IMG/VR virus record: IMGVR_UViG_3300010429_001810
Span: 1,283 to 65,282 of that record
Strand: one strand, 5' to 3'
DNA length: 64,000 nucleotides
DNA from: a virus
Lineage: Duplodnaviria; Caudoviricetes
In this document: positions 26,584-36,781 of the stretch, piece after piece
Position numbering within the stretch: position 1 is the stretch's first letter
How the letters are laid out: the number at the start of each line of letters is the position of its first letter
The notes under the pieces: generated by a model
The model's input: the letters and a program-made list of their open reading frames with translations, nothing else
What the model was told of the DNA's origin: nothing
Database searches by the model: none
Program-made: the position numbers and the translations under genes

Positions 26584-26975
26584 TGGCTGAAAAAGCATTT
26601 CATTTGGAAGCGGTTCAATCTTTTGAACGTACTTTCCGTTGTATCTTCCGTCAAGCGAACGAAGAAGTAGATCGTTTGGAGCGGATTAATTCCGCTATGA
26701 ATTTACTGGAAAATCGTTTGTTAGATCCTGAAACGATGGAAGCGATGGATACCATGCAACAGATTGCTTTAATGGAACTGCTTTCGAAGAATCAACAAGC
26801 GGCGATTAAAAATGTCATGGGGTTTAGTGGCACATTAGCGAAAGTAAAAAATGTAGTCGGAGTGTTTGATGGGATTCAGCGGTATGCATCATTACCCAAT
26901 ACTCCTGATGGAGATTTTCCTGAATTAGATTATGAAGAGCGTCCATTGATTGGACAATTGATGGATGAAGAATAA
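26583..26975 (+). CDS. Hypothetical protein (130 aa)
   Basis: TAATG coupling to nrdJb. Confidence 0.7.
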   Translation: MAEKAFHLEAVQSFERTFRCIFRQANEEVDRLERINSAMNLLENRLLDPETMEAMDTMQQIALMELLSKNQQAAIKNVMGFSGTLAKVKNVVGVFDGIQRYASLPNTPDGDFPELDYEERPLIGQLMDEE

Positions 26976-27288
26976 GATGCGTCAACAAGAATTTGATATA
27001 TTATTAAAATGGTTAGCCCATCCCGCACTGTTTAAAAATGCAATACGTAAATCTGTGGAAACAGGTTTAGCATTTAAGATACTAACTGATCAAACAATTA
27101 TGGATGAATTAAAAGATCAGTTTAAAGTATTAATGCAAGAAGCGATTCCTCAAGCGGATTTACAACAATTGATGAAGGTATATGAACGAACCTTTCCCAG
27201 TATCCAGCATCAAAATTTTAATAATCAGATTTATCGATTACATTCTGATATTTTAAGAATTCCACCATCCCAGAGGATTTCATTATGA
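26965..27288 (+). CDS. Hypothetical protein (107 aa)
   Basis: Coupled ORF before TerS. Confidence 0.7.
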   Translation: MKNKMRQQEFDILLKWLAHPALFKNAIRKSVETGLAFKILTDQTIMDELKDQFKVLMQEAIPQADLQQLMKVYERTFPSIQHQNFNNQIYRLHSDILRIPPSQRISL

Positions 27289-27737
27289 GTAGTATTATGA
27301 CCCCGGCTGAAGCATTTGAACGATATTATGATTTAGGTATTAAACGTAATTTATTGCGCTTATCGAAGATTATTGGTATTGAATTTGATTTACTATCCAG
27401 TTGGGCCGATGGCTATGCATGGGATGAAAAAGTTGAAGCCCGCGATAAAGAAGTTAATCGAGTATTTGAACAAGTATATAAACAACGAACGCTGGATATT
27501 CGAAATCGATTAGTACGACAAATTGATACACTGTTAAAAGATATGGAAAGTTGTAGTTTGGGTTTGCCATTCGGAGTCACGTCTCCAGCCGAATTACGTT
27601 CCGTGGCACAAGCATATCGAGAACTGGTTCAAGCGAATGTGTTAGCGATGACGAAGGGTGTGGATATGGGGGGTGGTAAAGCACCTAAGACTTGGAGTGA
27701 CTTGTTGGCTCAGATCGAGAATACGGAAACGGAATGA
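27285..27737 (+). CDS. terS: Probable terminase small subunit
   Basis: N-terminal HTH (AFERYYDLG..SWADGYAW), coiled coil, directly upstream of TerL. Confidence 0.65.
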   Translation: MSSIMTPAEAFERYYDLGIKRNLLRLSKIIGIEFDLLSSWADGYAWDEKVEARDKEVNRVFEQVYKQRTLDIRNRLVRQIDTLLKDMESCSLGLPFGVTSPAELRSVAQAYRELVQANVLAMTKGVDMGGGKAPKTWSDLLAQIENTETE

Positions 27738-27738
27738 C

Positions 27739-30700
27739 ATGGATCGTAAAAAGAATTGGAAAAGTGAACTTATTTTACGGGGTCGTCAAGATCCTGCTTG
27801 GTGGATTGAGAGTGTTTTAGGAGATTCGTTATGGAATCGACAAAAAGATATTTGTCAAAGTGTTGTTGAAAATGAGCGAACGGCTGTTGTAGCCTCTTTT
27901 GGTGTGGGTAAATGCGTTGCTTTTGGTGAGCGTTTGATACTTTCCAATGGTAGTGTTGCTAATGCAGAAGATTTAATTGGTAAATCTTTTAAAGTTCTTG
28001 CTTGGGATGAAAAAACTGGACAACAAATTGAAGCTGAAGCTTTTGCCGAAGATAATGGTTTCAAGCCAGTTTGTAAGATCACAACTAAGTCGGGGCGTTG
28101 TATTGTCCGTACTGAAAATCATCCTTTGTACGCTTGTTATCTTCCAAAGGTAAAGAATCATCGTATCCCAACATTACCTGAGTGGAGACGTATAGATGCT
28201 TTAACAAGTGATATGGTCGTAGCTGTGCCTTTGAAATTAAATGTTTTGGCTACAAAGAGCATTACTGACGATGAAGCTAAATTAATTGGTTATTTATTAG
28301 GAGATGGAGGACTAACAAATGATGTAATGTTCGCTCAAAAAATAGGTAGATCTTTGGATGATTTTAGAGAGATTGTAAATCGGTTTAATTGTGATCTATA
28401 TAAAGTTCCTTCAGCTACTTATGACTATCGAGTAGTTGGGCGTGAACGTACTGAGAACAACATTAATCGATTTAATCCTATCTTAGAAAAATGTCGTAAA
28501 TGGGGTTTGATGGGGTTTAAAGCCAAACATAAGTACTTACCAGATTTTGTTTGGGAATTAAAAGATGATTCTTTAGCTTTAATAATGAATCGTTTATTCG
28601 CTTGCGATGGTTGGGTATATATACCAAAAACAGCACGAGAATCCAGTCGAATTGCTATTACTTTAGCATCTGAAAAACTCATTCGTGATATTGAGTTAGT
28701 TATGCTTCGTTTGGGCATTTATGGCAATGTATCTTATGGACAAAAAAATTGTAAAGGTAAAAAATTTGATGCATGGACTTGGCAAATTATTAAGAGTGTA
28801 GAAATTTTAAAATTTATTGATCGTGTTGGTATTTTTGGAAAAGAAGATAAGTTAGAAAAATGTCGTGATTTTGTTTTGACAAAAACTAGTTTTAAGTACA
28901 TGTTGGAATGGCCGTTTAAAAATCTTTCAGAAGGTTATGCTTGGGAACAAATAAGATCCATTGAATATTTAGGACTGCAACCAACAGTGGGTATTTGTGT
29001 ACCAGAATACAGTACGTATTTAACTACGTTTGTGGAACACAACACAATGCTCGCCGCGAGATTGGCGATCTGGTTCCTTTGCTGTTTTAAACCTAGCAAG
29101 GTTGTGACTTGTTACGATGATCAAACTGAAATTTTGACTGAGTTTCGTGGCTTTCAGTTGTTTAAAGATTTGCGAGCAGATGATAAAGTAGCTACTTTAG
29201 TTGATGGCTTTTTGGAATTTGCTTTGCCAGAACAACATTATGATATGCCGTATTGTGGGGAGATGATCGAATATGATGGTCGTGATCTTAACTTCAAAGT
29301 GACTCCAAATCATCGTTGTTTGTCCAGTTCACCATATACGTTAGATCGTGTGTGGTCAATTGATTCCGCAGAGTCACTGTTTGGTAAGAAAAAAATCTTT
29401 AATCGTGAAGTCATCAGTAAAGGAAATGAAACACCTTATTCAGAGGCTGAGTTTGAATTATGGGGTTTTTGGTTGGCTGATGGTAGTTTGGACAGAAAAC
29501 AAAAAGATGGCACTTATCGAACTGTAAGATTGTCACAAAAAAATTATTTGGATTATGCAATAGAACTTTTATCAGTTGTTGGGGAGGTGTCAATCTCCAT
29601 TGATAAAAGAACTGGTGTTTATGATTTAAAAGTTGCTGATCATGAGTACGCAGAATTTATGCATCGTAATTTTGGACACAGCGATGAAAAACATATTCCT
29701 GCATGGGTTTTAAATGCAGAACCGCATAAATTAAAAGCGTTGATTCGTGGTTTTTATTATGGCGACGGCAGTTGGGACGGAGATTCATTTGAAACTGGTA
29801 CTAAAGTTAGTGCTCACATCTACACCAAGCTCTTAGCTGAAAGTATTTTTGAAGCAGCTTTAAGAGCTGGTTTTGTACCAAATATGAATTATGGAGTATA
29901 CAAACCGGGAAATCTATCTCCATACACAACAATTGAACGTTGGACAGTTTTGTTAATGACCCGTGGTGATGGTGGTAAATTCCCATCATCGGCTTCCAAA
30001 TCAAATTGGAAAAAGTCTCCATATGATGGACGAATTTATTGTGTTAAAGTACCATCGGGAATTGTACTAACTCGTAGAAAAGGTGTTTGTCATTGGAGCG
30101 GAAACACTGCACCAACTTTGAGACAGGTAAAAGATCTTTTATGGTCAGAATTACGTAATGCTCATAAAAAAGCAATCATTCCCATTGGTGGAGAGCTGCT
30201 TCAATTATCATTAAAGTTTGATGAAGATCATTTTTGTGTGGGATTCAGTACGGATGCTGAAAATATGGACAAATTTACAGGTTTGCATCAATCAAATTTA
30301 TTAGTTATTTTTGACCAAGCAGGAGGTATTGATCCTAATATCTGGGAAGCTTCTGAAGGCTTAATGACTTCAGCAAATTGCAAATGGTTAGCAATATCAA
30401 ACTCTGCAATTTCTACTGGAGAGCTTGCTAACATTTGTATGCCAGATAGACGTTCTCGTTTTGGCACATGGAATGTGCTGAAAGTTAAAGCATCTGAATC
30501 TCCGAATGTTGTTGCTGGTAAAAATCTGATACCTGGACTTGTTGCCCATGACTGGGTAAAAAAGCGGGAAGAAGCGTGGGGTCGGGATGATCCACTGTAT
30601 AAAATCTTTGTAGAAGCAGAGTTTATTCCTGACTCTGAAATGGTGGTGGTGCCGTATAAAGCCATTGTCGATGCATTTAATATGAATGGGGAGTTGGGTT

Positions 30701-31410
30701 CTCATATTGAAGTGGGTTTGGACGTGGCGCGGATGGGAACGGACAGTACCGTATGGACTGCGGTCAGTGGTTCACGGGTGATGGAAGTCAAGCGAGTGAC
30801 GGGCAATACCACGATGCAAGTAGTTGGGTTAACGGTAGAGTTTGTTAAACATCTTCAGGAAACTTATGGATTGCCCGTGACTGCGGTTAAGATTGACGTG
30901 ATCGGTTTGGGAGCCGGTGTGTATGATCGGTTGATAGAGTTAGATGACGATAATATTGAAATTCCCGTGGTAGCAGTGAATAATGCGGAAGTGAATATTG
31001 TCGTAGATAAAGAACGTTATTCCAATGTTCGTGCGGAGATGGCTTGGGCATTTCGTCATCGGATTGATCATGGCAATGTGGGATTAGCAGCAGTCCAAGT
31101 TCACGATTACGAAATAAAAGAATATATTCGTGGTGATATTCAAGCCATGCGCTATAAAATTACTTCCCAAGGTAAGATTCAATTATTACCCAAAGAAGAA
31201 CTTAAAAAGAATTTAGGAAGATCACCTGACTATTGGGATTCGTTAGTCATGGCGTTTGAAACTCCGGGAGGTGGACCTCCGATGTTGGAATCTATATCTT
31301 CTAAGAAAGAGCGTGAAGAAGAATTTTCCATTACTGAAGAAGAATGGCAAATTTTAATGGGAACTCGGATGCCGATGGATGATCGTTTTTTCCGAGACGT
31401 ACAATTTTGA
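27739..31410 (+). CDS. terL: Terminase large subunit with two inteins (about 514 aa after splicing)
   Basis: Reconstructed SFGVGK|T Walker A and VVT|TAPT.RQV; nuclease motifs GLDVAR, IDVIG, RSPDYWD. Confidence 0.93.
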   Translation: MDRKKNWKSELILRGRQDPAWWIESVLGDSLWNRQKDICQSVVENERTAVVASFGVGKCVAFGERLILSNGSVANAEDLIGKSFKVLAWDEKTGQQIEAEAFAEDNGFKPVCKITTKSGRCIVRTENHPLYACYLPKVKNHRIPTLPEWRRIDALTSDMVVAVPLKLNVLATKSITDDEAKLIGYLLGDGGLTNDVMFAQKIGRSLDDFREIVNRFNCDLYKVPSATYDYRVVGRERTENNINRFNPILEKCRKWGLMGFKAKHKYLPDFVWELKDDSLALIMNRLFACDGWVYIPKTARESSRIAITLASEKLIRDIELVMLRLGIYGNVSYGQKNCKGKKFDAWTWQIIKSVEILKFIDRVGIFGKEDKLEKCRDFVLTKTSFKYMLEWPFKNLSEGYAWEQIRSIEYLGLQPTVGICVPEYSTYLTTFVEHNTMLAARLAIWFLCCFKPSKVVTCYDDQTEILTEFRGFQLFKDLRADDKVATLVDGFLEFALPEQHYDMPYCGEMIEYDGRDLNFKVTPNHRCLSSSPYTLDRVWSIDSAESLFGKKKIFNREVISKGNETPYSEAEFELWGFWLADGSLDRKQKDGTYRTVRLSQKNYLDYAIELLSVVGEVSISIDKRTGVYDLKVADHEYAEFMHRNFGHSDEKHIPAWVLNAEPHKLKALIRGFYYGDGSWDGDSFETGTKVSAHIYTKLLAESIFEAALRAGFVPNMNYGVYKPGNLSPYTTIERWTVLLMTRGDGGKFPSSASKSNWKKSPYDGRIYCVKVPSGIVLTRRKGVCHWSGNTAPTLRQVKDLLWSELRNAHKKAIIPIGGELLQLSLKFDEDHFCVGFSTDAENMDKFTGLHQSNLLVIFDQAGGIDPNIWEASEGLMTSANCKWLAISNSAISTGELANICMPDRRSRFGTWNVLKVKASESPNVVAGKNLIPGLVAHDWVKKREEAWGRDDPLYKIFVEAEFIPDSEMVVVPYKAIVDAFNMNGELGSHIEVGLDVARMGTDSTVWTAVSGSRVMEVKRVTGNTTMQVVGLTVEFVKHLQETYGLPVTAVKIDVIGLGAGVYDRLIELDDDNIEIPVVAVNNAEVNIVVDKERYSNVRAEMAWAFRHRIDHGNVGLAAVQVHDYEIKEYIRGDIQAMRYKITSQGKIQLLPKEELKKNLGRSPDYWDSLVMAFETPGGGPPMLESISSKKEREEEFSITEEEWQILMGTRMPMDDRFFRDVQF
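27913..29043 (+). mobile_element. TerL intein 1 (377 aa), inserted in Walker A
   Basis: GK|CVAFGE...FVEHN|T; YLLGDG and RLFACDG motifs. Confidence 0.92.
29110..30105 (+). mobile_element. TerL intein 2 (332 aa)
   Basis: VT|CYDDQTE...WSGN|TAPT; FWLADG and GFYYGDG motifs. Confidence 0.92.
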
Positions 31411-31468
31411 AATTTTTATTGACAAGGATTAACTTTCATGTCACAGTATTCAAATCAGACTATTAGGC

Positions 31469-33052
31469 TTGTCCATGAGCTTTAAAATCTTTTCATTTAA
31501 TGATTGGTTATCGGAAGGTGGCTCTGCGGGGCTACGTTCTTTTGTTCTTAATACTTCATATGAAAGGATGTGTTGGGTATATGCGTGTGTGAATCGTATT
31601 GCGACATCTGCTAGTTCTGCACCTTTAGTCTTTTATCAAGGAAAGTCTTCTCGTATTCCTTCCGATGCTCCGAATGAAAAAGAACGGATTAAAGATCGTG
31701 AGCATCCCGTCTATCAATTATTTAACCCACCGAATCCTCCAACGATTATCAGTTTAAAACAATTGATGTATCGTACTTTTGTGCATGTCAGTATTGATGG
31801 TTTAGTCTTTTGGATTATTGAACGTAAGAAAGGTGTTGCAACATCCATTGATATTCGTTTGAAGACTGAATTACGTCCGATTTTAGTATATACCAATGCT
31901 GATCCCGCACGTCCACAATTACGGGGTTGGGAAGATTCATCTGGTAAAAAGTATTTACCAGAAGATGTGTTACCTTTGGATAATTATAATCCAAAAGATC
32001 CTTTAGCTGGTCTTTCACAACTCAGTCCATCACGAATGAGTTTGGAATCAGAGTTTAGTATTGCTGGATGGAATTCTGCTTTTTTCCGTTCAGGTATGAA
32101 AAATCCATTATTGATTCAAGCAAAAGGTCAGTTAACACGGGAACAGAAGAAAGATATTCGCAGTGAAGTCGTCAATTATTACAGTGGAATTGACGGAGCA
32201 CATGGAGCGTTGCTCATGCAAGGGGGGGTTGAAGTTAAACCTTTAGTGGTTAATCCAAAAGATGTTGATTTTATTCGTGGTAAAGAATTAAATCGTGAGG
32301 AAGTGCTGGCAGTGTTCGGTGTCCCTCCGTCAATTGTGGGTATTTTTAGTTACAGTAATTACAGTAATGTGAGAGAACAAATTCGTATCTTTTGGGAACA
32401 TACTTTATTACCCAAAATGAACCATGTTTTAGAGCTGATTCAATTTAATATTTTAGATCGTGATTTTCCCGGAGTGTATGCCCAATGGGATGTGAGTAAG
32501 GTCGCTGGTTTAGCACCTGATCCCGTGGAATTGGCGGCTCCAGCATCTCAGTATCATGCCATGGGCTATTCTCCTTCCCAAACCGCAACCATTTTAAAAT
32601 GTCCGGCCTTAGAGCCTGATAAAGATTTTAAAAAGCCGGAACCTGTCAAACCTCAAATACCAGTATCAGATCCAGAAAAAGAGCCTTCTACTGAAAAACC
32701 CAAAAAACCAAAAGATCCAAATGTGGGCGATCCAAAACCTTCGGATAAGCCAAAACCCGATAATAATAATTCTTATTTAAAAGAATTATTAATGGATAAA
32801 TTATATTTGTTTGCTGTAAACGTACCTTTATCTAATCCAACACATAAACAAATTATATCTCTTTGGGAAGATTTAGTACTTTGTGTATTGCAAGAAAAAT
32901 TTAAAGGTTTTGATTTTTTAAAATTTAATTTATTACCTGAAATGTTTTGTCAGAAACCAACTGAAAAAATGCGTCAAGAATTTATTAAAAATAGTGAGTT
33001 AATGGCTGAAAAAATGCTAAACACTATTTACAACGCACAAGCCAGACTATAG
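31469..33052 (+). CDS. HK97-family portal protein with Pro/Lys-rich extension
   Basis: VYACVNRIA, P.DPLAGLS, FFRSG, VFGVPP..G, SNYSN. Confidence 0.9.
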   Translation: MSMSFKIFSFNDWLSEGGSAGLRSFVLNTSYERMCWVYACVNRIATSASSAPLVFYQGKSSRIPSDAPNEKERIKDREHPVYQLFNPPNPPTIISLKQLMYRTFVHVSIDGLVFWIIERKKGVATSIDIRLKTELRPILVYTNADPARPQLRGWEDSSGKKYLPEDVLPLDNYNPKDPLAGLSQLSPSRMSLESEFSIAGWNSAFFRSGMKNPLLIQAKGQLTREQKKDIRSEVVNYYSGIDGAHGALLMQGGVEVKPLVVNPKDVDFIRGKELNREEVLAVFGVPPSIVGIFSYSNYSNVREQIRIFWEHTLLPKMNHVLELIQFNILDRDFPGVYAQWDVSKVAGLAPDPVELAAPASQYHAMGYSPSQTATILKCPALEPDKDFKKPEPVKPQIPVSDPEKEPSTEKPKKPKDPNVGDPKPSDKPKPDNNNSYLKELLMDKLYLFAVNVPLSNPTHKQIISLWEDLVLCVLQEKFKGFDFLKFNLLPEMFCQKPTEKMRQEFIKNSELMAEKMLNTIYNAQARL

Positions 33053-33077
33053 TATTCACTGATTATAGGAGATTGCC

Positions 33078-34526
33078 ATGTTTAGTATTTGCCAATTTGA
33101 TTTTAAAAGACCCGCTTTATTGAAGAAAGGAGTGGGTATTAAAAACGTGTATACTGCAATCGCTAGTACGGCGGCTGTAGATCGTCATAAAGAAATTTTA
33201 GTTCCTCGTGGTGTGATTACTGATGCGTTTATGAAGAATCCAGTGATGCTGGATATTCATAACTCACGGACTTATCCCGTGGGTAAAGTCAATGATGTTA
33301 AAGTCAGTAAAGAATCCGTTGAAATTCATTTTGAATTTGCTGATACTGAAGAAGGTGTAAAACTGGAAAAGTTATATACTTCCGGTTTCATGAATGCTTT
33401 TTCGGTAGGTTTTATTCCGAAGAATTATATTGATTTATATGACATGCGCGGTGATGATGGCAAATTGTCAGTTTCATCTTTGGAAGTAGAATTACCCAAT
33501 GGTGAAAAAGAACTGATTGATTTGAGCCAGTATAAAGATGTTCCTTATGGAATTATTTCCAAATGGGAACTCTTGGAAGTCAGTCCCGTTTCCGTTCCAG
33601 CCAATCCCGAAGCGTTGATGCTCCGTGCTAAGGATGACATCGTGCGCAAGTATCTGGATTCGGGTCATCATCAAGTGGCGGCCAAGCTGTTAGATGCACA
33701 ACTCAGTGAACATATCACGGAATTGCGTAAGCATTTTGATGAATTGTTGAACAGTTCAAAAGATGAACATGTTGAATTGAGTTACGCAGTACCTTTTCAA
33801 GATGCTAAGGCTTTAGATCAAGAGTGGGATGCTTCGGAAGCTCGTGCTTGTTTGGCGTTATGGTCGAGTGCTGACAAGACCGGTGAAAAAGAATCTTTGG
33901 ATTGGTCCAAGTTTGCCAAAGGTTTTGGATGGATCGATCTTGAAAAAGCAGATCAATTCCGCAGCTATCGATACATCCATCACACGGTGGAAAATGATGA
34001 AGTTTGTGTCGTGGCTGAAGGTTTGACAGCGGCTATGGCTGATTTGTTGACCGATAAGTCTATTAATAATGCTGAAGAAGTTTACGCTCATTTAGCGAAG
34101 CATTATGCAGCTTTTGATCTGACTGTTCCAGAATTTAAGGATTATACTGAGGATGAATTACAAAAAATTCGTGCTGGTAAATCTTTACTTGTAACAATTG
34201 TAATCACTGAAGAGCCTGAAATGGAAGATCCTGAAATGGAAGGTTCAAGCTCTGAATCTGCGAGAGATGTTAATCCAGATGTTCTTAAAGATTTGATCCA
34301 TGTTGGATTTAATGAAGTGGAGGATCAAATTTCCGAATTGGAAGAAACAGTTCGGTTACGTATGAACATCCTCAGTAAGATGTTTGACGAGTTGCAAAAA
34401 GAATTAATGACTTCAAAACCAGCCGTTGAGACTGTTCCAGTTGAAGATGATTCTGATGAAGTCAAACTGTTTGCTGATAAACTCACTGCATTATCTTCCA
34501 TGTTTGAAGATATTCGTGTTCAATAA
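33078..34526 (+). CDS. HK97-type prohead protease with C-terminal extension
   Basis: ASTAAVDR..E, NPVML.IH, AFSVGF, ELLEVS.VSVPANP.A. Confidence 0.9.
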   Translation: MFSICQFDFKRPALLKKGVGIKNVYTAIASTAAVDRHKEILVPRGVITDAFMKNPVMLDIHNSRTYPVGKVNDVKVSKESVEIHFEFADTEEGVKLEKLYTSGFMNAFSVGFIPKNYIDLYDMRGDDGKLSVSSLEVELPNGEKELIDLSQYKDVPYGIISKWELLEVSPVSVPANPEALMLRAKDDIVRKYLDSGHHQVAAKLLDAQLSEHITELRKHFDELLNSSKDEHVELSYAVPFQDAKALDQEWDASEARACLALWSSADKTGEKESLDWSKFAKGFGWIDLEKADQFRSYRYIHHTVENDEVCVVAEGLTAAMADLLTDKSINNAEEVYAHLAKHYAAFDLTVPEFKDYTEDELQKIRAGKSLLVTIVITEEPEMEDPEMEGSSSESARDVNPDVLKDLIHVGFNEVEDQISELEETVRLRMNILSKMFDELQKELMTSKPAVETVPVEDDSDEVKLFADKLTALSSMFEDIRVQ

Positions 34527-34549
34527 AACCTTTGTGGAGTGTATGTAAC

Positions 34550-35692
34550 ATGTTAGATCATGATATGAAAAAGCAGTTTGACGAATTTTCGAAGTCGGTT
34601 CAAGAATCGATTGCAATGTTTAAGAACCAAGATGCTTTGGTTAAGACTTTGCAGCAGAGGATTGGTGAACTGGAACAGCGTGTACTGGATAACAGTATTT
34701 GTACGGCTTTAGAATCAACTCATGGTGAAGTTGGCTTTACTGATCCTAAAAAGGCTAAAGAGTTTGTTACTTTAGTTCGTCACATCTTTAACAAAGATGA
34801 TTATGCGGTTAAGGATTTGGTTGAAGGTCGTGATGCGGATGGTGGCTATCTGGTTCAGCCTGAATATCGCAATACCATGATGTCGTTGATTGAACAGTAT
34901 GGTGTGGCTCGGCAGTTCTGTACGGTTATTCCCATGTCCACTACTGAACTGATTATGCCGAAGCTAACCGGCGGCGTACAGGTTTACTGGATTGGTGAAG
35001 GTCAAACGATTACTGAAACACAGCCGACGTTCGGTGAGTTCCGTATGACCGTCAAGAAATTGGCGGCGTTGGTTCCGATGACCAGTGAACTGCTGAATGA
35101 CGCGAATCTGGCGATTGCTAATTTGCTGGCGACTTTGTTTGCTCAAGCGTTGGCGAAGGAAGAAGATCGCATCGTGTTTGTGGGTAACACTGCGGCGAGT
35201 GATCCGTTCAATGGTGTGTTGTATGATCCAGGTGTTTATGGTCATATTTTGGGTAGCGGTAAGAAGACCTTCTCTAGTGCTACAGCCGATGATTTGGCGG
35301 ATGTGACTTCGCGTAATGCGTTGTACACTCAAGGTGCTCGTTGGTACATGCATCGCACGATTTTCAATGTGGTTCGTCAGTTGAAAGACGGTGATGGCAT
35401 GTATGTTTGGGGTAATCCCACACAGAGTTCTGATCAAGGTCTGATCTGGGGTTATCCGTATACCTTGGTTGAGTCCATGCCCGCTGTGACTGCGACTGCG
35501 GTCAGCACTCCTTACATCTTCTTTGGTAATCTGATGCATTACTATATTGGTGATCGTCAACAGATGACCTTAGCTCGTTCGGAGCATGTTGGTTTTGCGG
35601 CGGACAAAGTGTATCTTCGTGTTCTTCAGCGTGAAGGTATGGCTTACGCTTTACCGGAAACTGGCGTTGCGGTTACGACTGCGGCTAGCTAA
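34550..35692 (+). CDS. HK97-fold major capsid protein
   Basis: Coiled-coil delta domain, DGGYLVQPE, KLAALVPMTSELLND, WGYP; followed by a terminator. Confidence 0.93.
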   Translation: MLDHDMKKQFDEFSKSVQESIAMFKNQDALVKTLQQRIGELEQRVLDNSICTALESTHGEVGFTDPKKAKEFVTLVRHIFNKDDYAVKDLVEGRDADGGYLVQPEYRNTMMSLIEQYGVARQFCTVIPMSTTELIMPKLTGGVQVYWIGEGQTITETQPTFGEFRMTVKKLAALVPMTSELLNDANLAIANLLATLFAQALAKEEDRIVFVGNTAASDPFNGVLYDPGVYGHILGSGKKTFSSATADDLADVTSRNALYTQGARWYMHRTIFNVVRQLKDGDGMYVWGNPTQSSDQGLIWGYPYTLVESMPAVTATAVSTPYIFFGNLMHYYIGDRQQMTLARSEHVGFAADKVYLRVLQREGMAYALPETGVAVTTAAS

Positions 35693-35700
35693 GTTTGATA

Positions 35701-35739
35701 CAATGGGACTGTAAAAAATTACAGTCCCATTGAACTTTT
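35701..35739 (+). terminator. Terminator after the capsid gene
   Basis: 14-bp stem CAATGGGACTGTAA/TTACAGTCCCATTG. Confidence 0.8.
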
Positions 35740-35750
35740 AAGGAGTTTTT

Positions 35751-36092
35751 ATGTTGTACCAAGCAAGAAAAACATTGGGCGATTATGTCAATGGAATTGA
35801 AATTATTTATGGTAATTATGTAGATACAGAATGTGTTAAATGGGTACAGCGGATGGGTCCATTCTTGAGACCTTTATCACCCGGTGAAAAACCCAAAGGA
35901 AAGATTATTATAGTCAAAGGGACGGTTGAAGATGAAGTAGTTGAAATTCCTGTCAAGGAAGAGTTGGTTGTTACAGATATTGTAACAGAACCAGAAGTTA
36001 CGGAAGAAATTATTGAAGAAGCTGTTACGGAAGAAACTGTGGTTGAAGCGACACCTTTACGTCGTAAAATTAAACCATTACGTCATAGTTAA
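35751..36092 (+). CDS. Small acidic head-associated protein (hypothetical)
   Basis: Position after the capsid gene; Glu/Val-rich C-terminal half. Confidence 0.65.
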   Translation: MLYQARKTLGDYVNGIEIIYGNYVDTECVKWVQRMGPFLRPLSPGEKPKGKIIIVKGTVEDEVVEIPVKEELVVTDIVTEPEVTEEIIEEAVTEETVVEATPLRRKIKPLRHS

Positions 36093-36103
36093 GGATTATC
36101 ATC

Positions 36104-36781
36104 GTGTTAGATGAAATTGACTCTTTTGTTGAATCAGTCGTTACTGAAGCTTGTGATCTGTTGCAACTCACTGCACCAGAAACTTATGCTAAGGTAACGA
36201 CTGATTCACGAGTCAATTTATGCGCTCGTGCCGCATACACTCAGATTACTCATTATTTAAATCGAGATTTAATTTATAAAGAACATTATGAAGAGTATTA
36301 TGAAGAAGACACTACAATCACATTAAGGTGTATTCCCGTTTCAGAAATTGCATTAGTCAGTATCAGTGATACCCGCTATTCGGAAGTATTAACCGATCCT
36401 GATGCTTTTACAGTTTTAGATCCAGATGAAGATTATCGTTTAGTTCGTGAAAAACGCTTGGTGATTTATAATTTAACGAAATTGGCTGAAATTGTTGGAA
36501 GTACAACACAACGAATTAATGCATATATAGAATATACAGGTGGTTATTATACGAGTGAAGATGTACCCATTGTCCATAATGCTTTAGTCATGCAAACGGT
36601 CGCTAATTACAATCGAATTCCCGCTTTAGGTTTAACTCAGATTGAAGGCGGTGGTGGCGATGCAAAAGGGGGTCGGTTGTTAATGAATTTGAATTTGGTA
36701 GATGCTGGACAGTTGTTAGATTCAGTTAAGATTATGTTAGATCCTTTTATATATTATGGTAGTGCGGAGGATTTAACATGA
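36104..36781 (+). CDS. Head-tail connector (adaptor)
   Basis: Synteny; I..YLNR, EYTGGY. Confidence 0.65.
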   Translation: MLDEIDSFVESVVTEACDLLQLTAPETYAKVTTDSRVNLCARAAYTQITHYLNRDLIYKEHYEEYYEEDTTITLRCIPVSEIALVSISDTRYSEVLTDPDAFTVLDPDEDYRLVREKRLVIYNLTKLAEIVGSTTQRINAYIEYTGGYYTSEDVPIVHNALVMQTVANYNRIPALGLTQIEGGGGDAKGGRLLMNLNLVDAGQLLDSVKIMLDPFIYYGSAEDLT

